64,000 bases of DNA from Protoeuglena noctilucae (GCA_958009085.1 OY253669.1:1426001-1490000), one strand, 5' to 3'; shown: positions 38,201-51,800, counted from the stretch's first letter. The notes: generated by a model from the sequence alone, not told the origin. Program-made: numbers and translations.

Positions 38201-39297
38201 CGATGTAGATGCTAAAGATGCCTCCCAGCACGAACAGGCTGACGATCACGAAGCTCCCCGCGAGGCCCTTGTTCTTGAGCCACGAGAGGTTCAACGTGAA
38301 GAAGGAGAACGGAAAGCCGAAGATCTTCTTGAGCAGGCCCCACTGCTTGACGTCCATGACCAAGTAGGCCCCCACGATCTGCAGGTGGTCGCGGACAATC
38401 TGCAGGCAGAATAAAGCAGGATGGTTTTGGATGCTCGGGCCTTCGAAAGCTTTTGGAGAGAGGAAGCGGCGAGGGAGAACCCCCTCACCTCGATGGTCGT
38501 CAGGTCGAAGTCCTGCACTGAAGCGGCCGCCTGTGCGCCGGTGCTGTTGTCGTCCTTGCCCTTGCTGTCCTTGGGTCCGTCCAGCCGCTCCATCATCTTC
38601 TCGGAGTACTCCCGCTGCTTCTTCTCCGCCTCCTTGTCTGCGTCATCGGACACGGCCCCGGCGCCCTCGGCCGCGGCCAGGGCGCTCAGGAGGCGTGCGG
38701 TCACGTCGGAGCGCGACTGGAACAGCGTGATCTCCTCCGCCTGATCGAAAACCTGCAGGCCTTTCCAGCGGGGTGGCCTGATGAGGCTGGCATGCTTTCC
38801 GCGCGGGCGCTTTCGCAGGGGCGCTACCGTGACCGCGCCTCGCCTCCTCATGGCGGCTCTTGGCGAGGGTCTTGCGGTATCGCAAGCCTCGCTTCTCCTT
38901 CTTGGCGACGTCGATGCCCAGGGCCCTCTGAAGCTCCCGGATGGGCTCCTCGGCCTCGCTGAAGTCGAAGCGCAGACCCTCCGCAGCAGTCCCGATGTAA
39001 TCTGCGATCTCGGAGATGACCTTCCAGGCCACCCCACGCAGGGCCTGGTCTGCCTGGGGCCCAGAAAGAGAGGAAGGGAGCGTCGCTCTGAAGCTTGTTG
39101 ACCCAACTTTACCCCACCCGGGTCTGGCCCTTGCGCAACGAGCGGCGTCCTCGCGTCGATGCACGGGTCCAACGCACCTCCTCACGAACCCTACGACCCT
39201 CATCCGCGGCCCTCTGGGCGATCTCGTGCTGATCGCCGAAGGAGTCCGCCGCTGACACGAAGGACCCCCTCCTGTCGTCGACCTCCTCCGCCGACAT
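32227..39297 (-). CDS. Large multi-pass membrane protein (about 7 TM, TRP/flavin-carrier-like TM module) with long cytosolic C-terminus; function unknown
   Basis: Spliced exons give hydrophobic helices and the pattern YRTLYASY..WAYKIYILAAK..P.IQ..SPYLDRESTTLE. About 17 exons; stop at 32227; start may lie further upstream. Confidence 0.7.
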
Positions 39298-39757
39298 CGA
39301 CACCCGCTGAGAGAGGGTGATGCGGGGACTGTCCCACCCTCTCCACCCTCTCCACGGGCGCAGAGCTCGCTCGCTCTCGCCCTCTCCCGACGGTTTGCTG
39401 CGCGATACTCGTCTCCAGCACGCTCGCACAGCACCACGCAGTCTGTCTGAGGATAGAATCGTCAAAGCGCCGGCAAAAAGGCCCCCCTGTACCAGTCAGA
39501 CAAATGGAGTCTGACCATTCCGAGAGCGAAGACTTGGCTTAAAGCAGGCCCTGGCTGCTCCTCCATTGTCAAGAGGAACATTGTACTGCGGTGCGCGCTT
39601 GAGGTGGTTTTGAAGACAAGGCGGCGCTGCGAACGCGGCCGCGTGCGTCGTGTTGTGCTGCGGGCCCGCTGTGACCGGCGGCGCGTCCCCCACCCCCTTT
39701 GGATTTGCCAGCCCGCACAAAGCGTCGCGTGGCGCTCGTGCGGCTGACCACCACACC

Positions 39758-42700
39758 ATGCCAGCCCTCCGCTGGCGCACGGCGACCACCTGCATGTTGC
39801 TGGCGCTCGTGCTCACCCTGGCCTTGATCAGCCCGGGGCGGGCCCTCTCGTCCCGTGCCCTTGCTCGAGGGCACGCAACGCACACGTGCATCGTGACGAC
39901 CCAGTCGTTCGTGCGCTGCCACGGCAAGAACGACCATGGGCAGCTTGGGCAGGTCAGTGCTGCGCCAAGCAGCGCCGATCGCGACGGAAGGGAGACTGCG
40001 AATATTTATACAAAGTTTTATCCTACCCTACAGGGTGACTACATGGATCGTGGTGGCGGCCTGGAATGGGGCGAGCGGGGCTTGGGGGCCGGCGTGCCCT
40101 TCATCACAATTTCCTCATACGCCTCGTATCGAGAGATCAGCGTAGCGCCCGGCGCGACGTGTCTCTTGTACGACCTTGACCTCACGAGCCTTGGCTACGG
40201 AAGCCAGACGTACGTGACGTGCGTTGGTTGGGGCATGAGCGCTGACGGGGTGAGTCAGTTGGGAGGGTCGCACTCTAGCGGAGAGGGTCACTAGGATAAG
40301 CGGGGCGACACGATATCCACTTGGTCCTGCAGGGCGACGAGCCGTCTCCTGCATACTACCTGCCAGCACCCGGGACTCCCGCGTCCGTCTCCGTTGGGTA
40401 CCCAACCACGACAAGCGCCCCCGAGGTCTGCATCGTGACAATAGACGGCGCATTGGTCTGGTGAGGCCCCCTCGACATCGTAGCCACGATATCTCGGCGG
40501 TGTGGCTGAGGTCAAGTCATTGACCTCCCTGCACGCAGCTGGCAGTCCGGGGCGTTCATGTGGATGGACTCGCCCCAAGTCACCAGCTTGTCCGGTTTGC
40601 TGGCTGCCGGCACTGGGAGCAGCACTGCTAACGGACTGGGCAGTCTTGTGCCTGCTACCGTTGTCGTCGGCCCGTTGTCATGCGTGCTGCTCAAGGGGTC
40701 AGAAAGCGACAGCCTCGTTTGGTGAGCTGTCCGAATCTGGGGTTGCGTGGCAGGGGGTGCGAGCTCTCTCGCCAGTTACCCACTGAGTACTCCTTTGTGC
40801 TGTCGCAGTTGGACCGGGGACCCAGGAGCCTACAATCCCGGCACCGTCAAGGTTCTGCCCCTCACGACCGTCTCCGTCATCGCTGGCAGCCCCACGACCA
40901 GCGCCATCTGCGCCGTGAGCAGTGGCTCCGTCATGTGCTTTGGGGATGACAACAACTACTACCAGCAAGGGACCTCCACGACCACACCCCAGAAGGCTTC
41001 GAGCTCAAAGTTGGCATCCGTTTCCCTGGGCGGCACGACCGCGACCGACGTGGTCGTAGGCGAGGGCTTCGCCTGCGCCCTCTTGGCGCCCTCGGGGGGC
41101 GTCTCGTGCTGGGGCGCAATCGTGGGCTTCCCCACCAACCCCAACCCGCCGTCCTTGACTCCTCCGCCGAGCACGCCCCCGCCCACTCCTTCTCCGACCC
41201 CCAAGTCGACGCCCACGCCGAGGCCCACCACTAACCCACGGCCGACTCCGACGCCCACGGCTCGGCCTACCAATACCACGACGCCGACCCCGACACCCAA
41301 GGTGACTGGGCTGACGCCCGCGCCATCCAACTCGACGGCTTCGCCCGGACCGACCTCGACCAGCACACCGGCCTCGACCTACTCCCCCGTGCCCCCGCCG
41401 GCATATGTGCCAGCGCCGGTGTACGCTGACACCCCTTCGCCAGACTGCTGGCTCTTCGACCTGATCTACATTTGTCGCCGGCGACGAATGACGACGTCCA
41501 GCCCTTCGCCGACCACGGCGCCCTCGGGAACGGGATCCCCGTCCCCCACGAGCCTTTCGACCGCGGGCGCCACGCCCACTCCCAGTCCCGCTGCCAGCGT
41601 CGCCACGCCGAGCTCTGCCCCCACCCCGACAGGACTGCCTGGGCAGACGCCACCGGCCAAATCATCCCCTTCCCCCTCCCCCACCGGGACGGCTACTCCC
41701 CGGCCGTCGTCCAACTCGACGGCGACTCCAACTCCATCGCCCCGCCCGTCTGGCTCCACGCCCGGCGGGACACCATCTGCAACCGCGGCTGCCTCTGTCC
41801 TCCAATACGTGGGCAACTGCGGCCAGGTCCTGGCCATCAACATGCACAGCCACAGCGCCGTGGAGGTCGCGGCTGTCGGCGCAGTGGCCGACGGCACCCT
41901 GGGGTTCTGTGTGCGTCTGGACTTGGACGGTCTGGTGCGGTGTGCCGGCTTCCTCCAGTCCCCGGTGCTGGGCTGGGGTCCATGGGCACAGCCGGACGAC
42001 CCCGGCAAGAACTACAACGCCAGCGGGCTTGGCATCGACGCCTACCCAGCAACTGCCAGCCTCATCTCCTATGCGTCCTCTTACGACTCCGGGCCATACG
42101 CGACGCTCGTTGTGGCCGCTGAGCCGGGGTCTTTCGAGACGATCGAATGCACCGCGCCTGGACATGATGCGGTGGACTTTGTCTTTGAGCTGGGCTACGG
42201 CCTCGCCAGCATCAATCTGTGGAAGGATTTCTCCGGAGCAGGCACCGTCACCTGCACCCCGTGGGACTCGGAGTATCTGAGTAGTGCAGGTGCGTGCTCC
42301 TAGCTGTGGACTGCCCCTTGCCGCCGCGATCGAGCTTGCTGGCTGACCCACGTGCCTGGTGCCTGACCACAGACAGCATCGACATCACGTTCGTCCAGAC
42401 GGTGACCCTCCGTCACGCCACGCCATCCGCCTTCGACGAGATGCTCTACCCCGCCGCGACCGTCTCTTCAAGCAGGCTTGTCAAGGGGCTCGACACCATT
42501 TGGGGAAAGGACCACGCGGGGGGTTTCACTCGGGTGCAAGACTACAGGTGACAAACTGAGACGACCCCCTAACACTGTCATCAGGACCATCGTCACACTC
42601 AGCCACCGTGGCTTGCATGAGTCGCAACCCTCATCTTGTGGCGGCCCACCCAGGGTGACGCTGTACACCGACCGCACATTGTTGCAGCAGTCGGTCGACG

Positions 42701-43574
42701 CTGCCAAGGCAGCCCTCCAGGCGTTCACGGCCGCTGTGGATGAATCCATCGGATGGGACGTGGAGCTCTACAGCAGCAGCACGGGGCACGTGGCGTCCAG
42801 GAAACTGATGAGCACCAGCCAGTCGTATGATATCTACTGTGAGTGACCATGACTCGACGAGGGGGGTGCGCAGGGGGCATGGCTGAGCCAGAACGGAGGC
42901 CACCCCGACCGCGTTCGCAGGGCGGGTGTATGCGGCGGGTGGCAAGAACCTCCAGGTGATGCTGGATGCCGAGATCTACCCCAAGCTCAACGACACGGCG
43001 TACGTCACGCAGCTCATCTCAGCGGTGATGATGCACCCCAACGCGACCTCCACGCTCACGGCCAAGTCCGCTGCGAACACGAGGATGTCCAACCCTCCCT
43101 CGGCGGCCCAAGTGGACGAGAACAACGCGGCGCACTTCCAACGGGACGAGTTCAAGGTTCACGAGGTCCGAGTGGTGAGATGCCGCAAGCAAACATGCAT
43201 GTGTGAGATCTGGTGGCCTTGCCCGGTGAGCCCCTCCCTAGCTGGTTGGGTTGGGTTGTCTCCCATCCATGTACCTGGTGCGAGCGTGCAGCGGGCATTG
43301 GCCACCTGCACAACGTCTGCCCTTGCAGAGCGAGGCCCCATGGATCGAGAGCATCCTGAAGAAGTACCGCACCATCACGTTCGTGCTCATCGGCTTCGGC
43401 GTCGGCATATGTTGCGTCGTGGTGACGGGCAAGATCATCAGTTCGACCCGCAAGCGCAAGCGCAAGGCCTCAGAGGAGCAGCGGCTCCGCTACGTCAACG
43501 CCCACAACCAAGAGGAAGACGTGCAGGAGGAAGAGAAAGCTAAGCGATGGCTCACCATGGCGATGCCGCGGTGA
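39758..43574 (+). CDS. Cell-surface glycoprotein: signal peptide, RCC1/BLIP-II-like repeats, Pro/Thr/Ser stalk, one TM and a short charged tail
   Basis: MPALRW..LLALVLTLALIS; HTCIVTTQSFVRCHGKNDHGQLG; CAVSSGSVMCFG; VVVGEGFACALLAPSGGVSCWG; PT-rich 41130-41790; TM ITFVLIGFGVGICCVVVT followed by RKRKRK. Confidence 0.75.
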
Positions 43575-43655
43575 CGCTGCAGCCATGAAATGCAATTCAA
43601 GAGCCAGAGGCGCCAAGGCCACACGAGGCAGGCAGGGACGCACGAGCCCTCTCTC

Positions 43656-45851
43656 TCATCGAGGCTCTGCTGCGCTGGCCCCGTGCATCACTGCGCTCCC
43701 CAGGCACTCGCCTCCCGCGTAGAACACGGCGTACTGCCCCGCGGCCAGGCCCTGGTCCGCGCGCTCCAGCTGCACCTCCACCAGGCCCGACGGCTGGTGG
43801 CGCGCCGCGCAGCGGTACAGGTTGGGGCCGTGGCGGACCTTGACCCGCAGATCGGCGAGGGCGGAGAGGTCCACCGGCTCTCCAGAGAGCCACGACACGG
43901 GGCCGCATACGAAGCAGTCACGGCCTTGCTGGCGATCCGCGTACCTGCAAAGAAGCGCGTTTCGCATATGCCTCATGCTCTCCCGCGGCACGACACTTGC
44001 ACGCAGTACGCAGTGAGTGCGACTCGCGCAATGAGTGCGCCACGCGCAGTGAGCGCGACCCGCGCAGGGCACCTGTTGGAGATGTAAACGACGTTGTGCC
44101 GCACGTCCTTTCGGCAGACGAACCAGGGGCCCCCGGGAAGCCCGATGCCCTTACGCTGCCCCACGGTGAAGAACCAGAAGCCCCGGTGGTACCCCACGAC
44201 ATCTCCCGTCGCCTCGTCCACCAGCGGGCCCGGCCACTCGCCCAGGTGCTGCACACACAGACGCGGCGTGGGAGGTCGCCCAACAAGGCGGCGGTGGTCG
44301 GGACAATGACCCACATGTAAGAGGTTCGCAGCCTTGCTCAGCAACCACCATCCGCTCACCTCCTCAACGAACTCGTCGAATGGGACTTTCCCAAGGAAAC
44401 AGATGCCCTGGGAGTCCTTGCGGTCCTTGGTGGGGAGGTCGAGGGCGTGAGCCGCAGCACGGACCTCCGCCTTGGTCAGGTGGCCGATGGGGAACATGCA
44501 GCGGCGCAGCTGGGCTTGCGTGAGACCCGCCAGGAAGTAGGTCTGGTCTTTGGTAGCGTCCGGGGTCAGGGACAGGCGCACGGGCGCCGCACCCGAGGCC
44601 TCGTCCACCCCACGCACGATGCGCGCTGCATAAAGGGGGGCACAGAGTCGTCGGCGGTGCATTCTCTCGCACCGGCTGACGAATCACTCCATCCACGCGC
44701 CCGCAAACTGCCATACTAAGGCAGGGACAAGACCGACGCCGTGTGCCGCGCGCCCAACGCCAGCACGCACCGTAATGCCCTGACACGACGCGGTCGAACC
44801 CCCCCGTGACGTCGATACCGTCCAAGTGGTCGAGGAAGGCCCCGAACTTCACCCGCGAGTTGCAGAGCAGGTCCGGGTTGGGCGTGCGACCCCGGCGGAT
44901 CTCGTCGATCGACGCGCTCACCACACGGGACCAGTAATCGTCCGTCTGCGGCCAGAGCGAATCAAACTCGCATTCTCGACTGGGAATGCCGTTTGCAACG
45001 TGCGCTGGCACCCTTTAGGCGCTGCCCATCCACCGTGTCTCACCATAGGCACGACATGCAGCTGCACCCCCAGCTTGGAGCAGACGGCTTTGCAGTACTC
45101 GAGGTCCTCCTCCCACGGGCACTGACCCCTGCGAAGGTGCACGTTGCACATGGCACCTCGCCCGCCCCTCACCCTGGCACGTGCACGCGGCCCCCAGCCC
45201 CACCAGCTCGGGGCCTCACCAGAAGTTCCGGAAGTCCTCCTGAAACCATATTTGCAAGTAGAATGCCTCCACATCGTGCCCCGCTGCCTGCGTCCAAAGT
45301 CATGGCGACCCGTCGGCATACGGACCTCTGCAAGCGGCCCGTGCTGCGCCACTGCGGTCCCATCTTACCTTGGCGAGAGCGAGCGACACAGAGCTGTCCA
45401 CTCCACCCGAGAGGAGGACGGCGCAGCGGAGCGGCGCGCGTTGCGGCTCGCTGCTGGCAAGCAGCGGCTCGAGGTCCCAAACTCCGTCTAAAGGGGCCGC
45501 ACCCCCCTCCCCATCGACGGTCGCCACTACGGGTGACTCCTGCATGCAACGGAGCGGAAGAAAACGCTCGGCTGTCCTCTTCTCACAGCCGTCGGACGCG
45601 TGCAGGCAGTGCAAGCAGTGTCCAGGAAAGCCGCAGCGCACCTGCTTTTCCAAAGGCCGCGCGTCTCGCAAAAGATCGATATCGTCCCTCGTCACTGCCC
45701 TAAGACATCGGTGGCGCGGTATATGCGCGCGGCTGCGCCGCTCGAGGCTGGGAGGCCCAGGGTCGTGCCATGGTCGCTGCCAGCGACGCGGCGGAGCGCG
45801 ATGCAAGCGTGTGTGACAGATGTGTGCGGCGCACACATCCGCGCCCCACAT
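43656..45851 (-). CDS. mnmA: tRNA-specific 2-thiouridylase (organellar MnmA/TRMU)
   Basis: PP-loop VLLSGGVDSS, then CPWEED, TPNPDLLCNSRVKFG, SGHY, KDQTYFL, RKDSQGICFLG, FTVGQRKGIG and GQYAVFY..CLGS. Start approximate. Confidence 0.96.
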
Positions 45852-46269
45852 GGCTCGCGCAGGACGAGGCCCGGCACCCTGTCAATTGATGATGAGCCCC
45901 CTTGCCTAGTGCAGGCTACCGGAGGCACAGGTGATCGTCGCGTGCGGTTGCGTAGATCAATCGCTTGGAACAGAGGCATGCCGGGTCTGAATTAGCTACT
46001 CCTGGGATGACACAAAGCGCCAGCGGCTGGCACTGCAGCGCCGGTTGCAGGGCTTGGCCCAAAGGAATCGCGGCTGCAAGGTGCAAGGGCACTAACGCTA
46101 CAGTTTCTCTACTCTGCCAATCCTGGCACGTGCGTAAAGACCCACCCGCGCGGGGAACGCGCTGTGACGAGCGACGGTACCCTTCTCAGGCCCACGGGTG
46201 GAGCCATCGGCGCCTTTCTCCCTCTCCTTCATCGCCAGCTGATCCTGATCCTCAATAGCAGCTCGCACC
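45852..46269. promoter_or_regulatory. Short divergent intergenic region, candidate bidirectional promoter for mnmA and tcdA
   Basis: About 420 bp between head-to-head start codons; positional inference only. Confidence 0.45.
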
Positions 46270-48382
46270 ATGGAGGGCGCCTCCTGGCGCCACTCCCTCG
46301 TTAGCGCGGCGGCCGGCGCTGCCGTCGGGGCCGCGTCCGTTGCTGTGTGCCTCTGGTGAGACGTGCGACTTCTCCTCTTGCATCAGTCGATTCACATTTT
46401 ACGATAGCGTATCTGTCCGAGTCGTTGGGCGAGCGCGCCCTCTCACAGTTGCAGACATGCTCCATCACAACGCTCCACGCAGGCTGGTCGCGGACCGCGG
46501 CACCGGTTCGCCTTCTTCCTCGGACCGGGCAGATTCAACGACGGCAACGGGGAACGGTGGGTCAACGACGACCCCCGCCCGGTCCTTCGTGCCTCGTCCC
46601 GTTGCGCCGATGGCAGCCATTCTGGAGGACGACATTCTCAAGGAGCACTTCCAGCGAAACATCCAGGCAAGTCATGCATGAAAACACGACATGGCTGTTG
46701 CTCTCGAAACCACGGCCTCCAGGCTCGTCAGTTGGACTACATGGCTGCCACTCGAGCTCACGCAACAGGGCCCCGCCGTTTCCATCCTCGGCGCAGTTCT
46801 TTGGGCCAGAGGCGCAGCGCAAAATCGCGGGGTCGTTCGTGGTCGTCGTGGGGCTGGGCGGGGTGGGGAGCCACGCGGCGCACATGCTCCTGCGGTCGGG
46901 GGTCGGCAAGCTTCGATTGATTGACTTCGATCAGGTCACCCTCTCCACGCTGAACCGGCACTGCGTGGCCACCCGCGGTGCGTTCCGCAGCGACGCGGGC
47001 ATCCACGTCACGCAGATGGAACTTACGCTGGGCATCGGCAGTCCTCACGCACCCGCACGCGTCGCCCCCGCAGCGGACGTGGGCCTGCCCAAAGCCACCT
47101 GCCTGGCCCGCCACTTCGCGGAGATCGTGCCGGAGTGCGAGATCGACGCGCGCGTGCAGATGTTCGAGGCGGCTTCGCAGGAGGAGCTCCTCTCTGGCAG
47201 CCCCGACTACGGCAAGGGGCCTGCGGATGGCAAGGGCAGGGCCTGCCGCGCACAACTCGTCGGAGACTCACGAACTGAGTCGTTTACTGCTTGCAGTGAT
47301 CGATGCCATTGATAACATCAACACCAAGGTCGATCTCCTGGCCGCGTGCGTGCGGAGGGGCATTCGGGTCCTGTGCAGCGGGGGAGCGGGGGCCCGGGTC
47401 GACCCCACCCGGCTGCATTTCTCGGACATCAGCGAGTCGGTGATGGACAACTTGGGCCGCGCGGTGCGCGCGCGGCTCAAGAAGGCCGGGATCGAGTCCG
47501 GTGTGGAGATTCTCTTCTCTTCAGAGAAACCCACGGCGGGGCTGGTGTCGTTGGAGGCCATGCAGTCCGGCAACCCCAGCGACTACCAGGTCATACCCAA
47601 CTTCCGGGTGCGCACGATACCAGGTGCGAGACCGCGCTGTCGCAGGCTGGCTGCCTGCGCTCGCGTGCGTCATGTCTCGCATGTCCCGCCTTTCATGCCC
47701 CATGCCACGCCGTCGCGCAGTGTTGGGCACGTCGCCGACGCTGTTTGGAGTCGCGGCCGCCGCGCGCGTCCTGACGGAGCTCGCGGGTCAGCCCTTTGCG
47801 GGGAGGGAGGCCAAATACGTGGACGAGGAGGAGATGCGAATGATGCTGGTCCGGTGCGTGCACACAGAGAGGGAGGTACACGAACGTGGCGCAGCTTTAG
47901 CGGCCCTCTGTGACGTCCCGCCGTGCATCTGTCGCCGCAGGCTCGAGGGGAGGGAGGAGCAGCGCTTTGGCGAGGGCGCGGTGCCTGGCGTCACGTGGGC
48001 CGACCTGCATTTCCTCATCGTGGAGGTGTTCCGGTGCCGCAGCGCCGTCTCAGGCGGCGGCTTTCGAGACATGAACCTCTGCCGCAGCATCTCCCGGCTG
48101 CACCTGACGCGCTGGGACCGAACGAAGCCCTGCGTCGTGGACAACCTCGTCTTGCTCGAGGCGAGGACCCGCGCGTGCCCGCTGGAGCGGTCAAAGTGGG
48201 ATGATTTATTCGCCAATAGCTCTTCGCGTGCCCTGCCATTGCAGAAGGGGGAGGCGGACGAGCATGACGAGCTCCCGGACATGGCGTCGGTTGCGGCGCG
48301 CTGGGGAGCGGACGCAGTCCAGCGCATCGAGAAGCTTTTGGAGGGCGTGAGGCGCGCGTACACGTTCCCGGCGACGTGGTGA
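46270..48382 (+). CDS. tcdA: tRNA threonylcarbamoyladenosine dehydratase (TcdA/TCD1-2, ThiF/E1 family) with N-terminal hydrophobic anchor
   Basis: N-terminal AAAGAAVGAASVAVCLW; EHFQRNIQ|FFG; VVVGLGGVGSHAAHMLLRSGVGKLRLIDFDQVTLSTLNRH; PDY|VIDAIDNINTKVDLL; FSSEKP; PNFRVRTIP|VLG; LTRWD. Confidence 0.93.
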
Positions 48383-48811
48383 CGCGCCCGCCCCCGGGGT
48401 CGCATGCACCAGCACTTCTCGCAAGTGGGCTGGAGACAAGTTCGGGCTCGCAGCTGGCGCCCAGCGCGTTTATTTTGACGTGAATTGCAGCATCGGACGC
48501 TCCGCCCCACCGCACCGTCGCTAGATGCCTTTCTGACGCTTTTCCCGCCCTGACAGCCTCCGGCATCGTCGGAAGGCCGTCGGGCCCACCTCCCCGCGCG
48601 CCACTTCGCTGCGCGGTCAGTCTCGTACTCAGCTTTCGTTTCGCAACGCGGGAAGACTCGTCGACGCCATCTGTCGCGGGGCTTTTTAGCTTGCCCTGCC
48701 CCGCCACATCCCCGCCCTCGGTTGCCATGGCACGCGATTGAGAGCGTCCCGTGTTTTGCATTTGAATTCTTGAGTTGCAGGCGAGCGCGGACGCAGTGAG
48801 CGCACTCAGGC

Positions 48812-51800
48812 ATGCTGCGTCCCAGGCGCAATGCGTCCCGGGCGGACGCTGCGCGCACCGCCGCGGCGGAGCTCCGGGAGGCCAGGTCGGGCGTCAGGAA
48901 ACTTGAGGTGGAGCTCGAGCAACCCGTCTACAAGAAAGTGGACGAGGACGAGTACGCGGAAATCGTGAAGAAGCAGCGCGAGGAGGCCGGTGAGGGGGAG
49001 GACCCGCCTGGCCTCGACACCGCACTGGCCACGCATGGCTTTCCATGGATTGAGCATCCGTAAAAGAAGCTGTGGGACTTTGGAGGGCCGGGCATAGTGC
49101 GTCGTGGGCCTCCGCGGGCCGACTATGTCGGGCAGACCGAACAAAACTGCTCACGCAGGCGATTGGATCGTGGACGACGACGGCCGTGGCTACGTGGACA
49201 TCGGGGAGGAGGAATGGGGCGGCGGGGAGCCGGAACCCGAGAAGGTGAGGGCTCGGGGGCGGAAAGGCGGGCCCGACACGCTGTGCGCGCCTGTGTTTGG
49301 CGCCGCGGCGAGGGCTCGCGTCCCAGCTGACGGGGCTGCCTGTGGCGATTGCGCAGGACTCTCGCGCGCGGAAGGGGAAGGGCAAGGCGGCTGAGGTGGA
49401 CCCGAACGCGCGCGCACGTATGGAGCGCATGTTCGCCACCGCCAAGGCGCGCAAGCAGGCGCGGCCCAAGCGCCCGGCCGCGGGCATGGATTCGACAGGT
49501 ATGACGCCGTCTCGCAGACTGCGCTTCTGTGTTGAGCGGCCAGGTCTTACCAAGCTGCCGAATGCATCGCCTTGTGACCCCGCCCCCATCACCGCCCCTT
49601 CCTCCGCAGACGACGTCCTCGACGCGATTCTGTCGGAGCACGGTCTCAAGGGCGAGCCAGCTACCGTGGGCCGAACCCCCGCCACCGCCCCGCACCGTGC
49701 CTTCCCCGCACCCTCGCGCACCCCAGTGGCGTCGTTTACACGGGCCCCGACGGTCGCCACGCCGCGCCTCTCCGTGGGCGCCGTGCACACCCCCGCCGCA
49801 CGCCTTCCGGCTCCGAGCCGGCCCGCCCCCACGCACCTCCGCACTCCCGTCACGCACGGCTTCGCGGCGCTGTCGGCAGCCACACCAAGCTCCGCCGTGC
49901 GCCCCGCCCCGCCTGCCGCCGACTTGGACGAGGCTGGCCCTTCCACGCCCGGCACCACGCCCCGCAAGGCGCCCCGGGACGCCCCCGCGCCCCGCAGCCC
50001 CATCCTGGCCCTGTCCTCTCGAGACCAGGTGCCGGTCGAGGTGGGCACGTCACCAATTCGGAAGCGGTACCGCCCGTCCCTCGCTCCCTCGCACGACAGC
50101 GGGGCGGATGCGTTGGGCGGGGGCGCCGAGGCGGGTGCCGGCAGCGACAGGGACGTGGAGATGGCGGACATGGATATCGTGGCGGATGGGGCGGGTGAGG
50201 TCACCCCCACGGGGGCGGCCGCGAGGGAGGCCCCCCGCCGAGCTGCCGTGCCGCTTGCGGAGGAGAACGACGGCCCTGGCCCTGCGGACTGGTCGACGGT
50301 GTGGGGTGTGGGCGGCAAGTCGCCTTTGGGCGCAGAGGCGGTTGCTGAAGAGTGGAAGGACGACGGCTCGCTGCCCACTGTGGGTGCCAACGGCGCGCTG
50401 CCATTCTTCCTTTTGGACGCCTGCGAAGAGCCGGCCCAGCCCGGGACAGGTGCGGCGCGGGGTGGCCCGAACGTGCTGTGAGCTACGCCGGGAGCTGTAA
50501 GCAAGAGAACCAACCGTGCCCCTTCCCGTCGTTCGTTCCAGTCTTTCTGTTCGGCAAGATCCCCGCCGGGGGCGCTGGGGCGGAGGGTTCCCCGGGCGCG
50601 GCACCGCCTGGTTTCGTTTCGTGCTGTGCTGTGGTGCGGAACCTGCACCGTTCGGTCCTGGTGGTGCCCAAGTCGCTCGGAGACGCCGAGGAGGAGGTGG
50701 CGAGGCTGGAGAAGGAGGCCGCGGAGGATTCTTCACGCTCCAAGAACCTGATGGCGGCACTGGTGCGTGGGGGTGGTGGCAGAGCAACACGTGGCCTGCG
50801 TAGCGGCAGTGCTGTCACGACGTGACGACTCGCCACGGAGGCATTCGCAGTTGTTCATCCCTTTTGTGCTTCAAACAAGCCTGCGCTTCGACTCCCTCGC
50901 AGCACAACGCGTTGGCACCGGTCAAGGCGGAGGTGCGCAAGCTGATGACCGACCGTGGCATCGACAAGTACACCATGTGCCCCGTCAAGCGCAACTACGC
51001 GTTCGAGAACCCCGCGGTCCGCCACGGCGAGCAGTGGGTGCTCAAGCTGCGGTACCCCGCGTCGCATGGCACGCTCCCCGTCGGGCTGAAGGGCAAGGTG
51101 TGTAGACGTGTGTGCTGCACACGGTCCGTGCGTGACGGACATGCCTGGCGAGGCTCGCATGCATGATATGCAACTCTCTCGTGACGCGTGCGCAGACGTT
51201 CGCGGCCACGTTCGGCGGCAACCAGACGATGCTCGAGGCTCTGACGGTCAAGCGCCGCATCATGGGGTCTCAGTGGCTCTTCCTCACGCAGCCCACGCGC
51301 GTCACGGGGTCCGCATGCCAGTCGTGGTGCAAGGTGGAGGTCACCCTGTCGTCCGCCAAGCACATTGGTGAGCACCGGTGTCTCATCACCGCACGTGTTT
51401 TCTCGACGGCAGTCTTCGCTGCCCCAATAACCAGGCTATGTAGCACTCTCCAATCTAGCGCATTCCGTGTTCATCTCCGACACCCCTCGCCTCCTCAGAC
51501 GCCACCAGCAAGGAGCTGCAGAACATGCGGCCGCCGCCCCTGTGCGTGGCGGCACTGAACCTCAGGACCCACGTCAACCCCGCGACGCACGCCCACGAGG
51601 TCGCCGCCGCGACCATCATGGTGATGACGGGCGTCGACGTGGAGGGCGCCTGCGCGGACTGGCGCGTGCGTCGCAAGGATGGCTTCGTGTGCGTCACTCG
51701 GATCGACGGCACTGTGCTGCCCGCGGGGCTCGAGGAGGCCGCGCGCAAGGAGGACGTGCCGCTGCGGTCGCAGCCCTCCGAGCGCGCGCTCCTCGCCTTC

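Noticed and set aside
44010..44070. Three ~18-bp degenerate direct repeats in an mnmA intron; also the duplication near 36141-36180 and (GTGCGG)n near 11610 and 8050-8100
   Set aside because: Short local slippage repeats. I saw no shared intron family that would indicate introner elements, although no all-against-all intron alignment was run.
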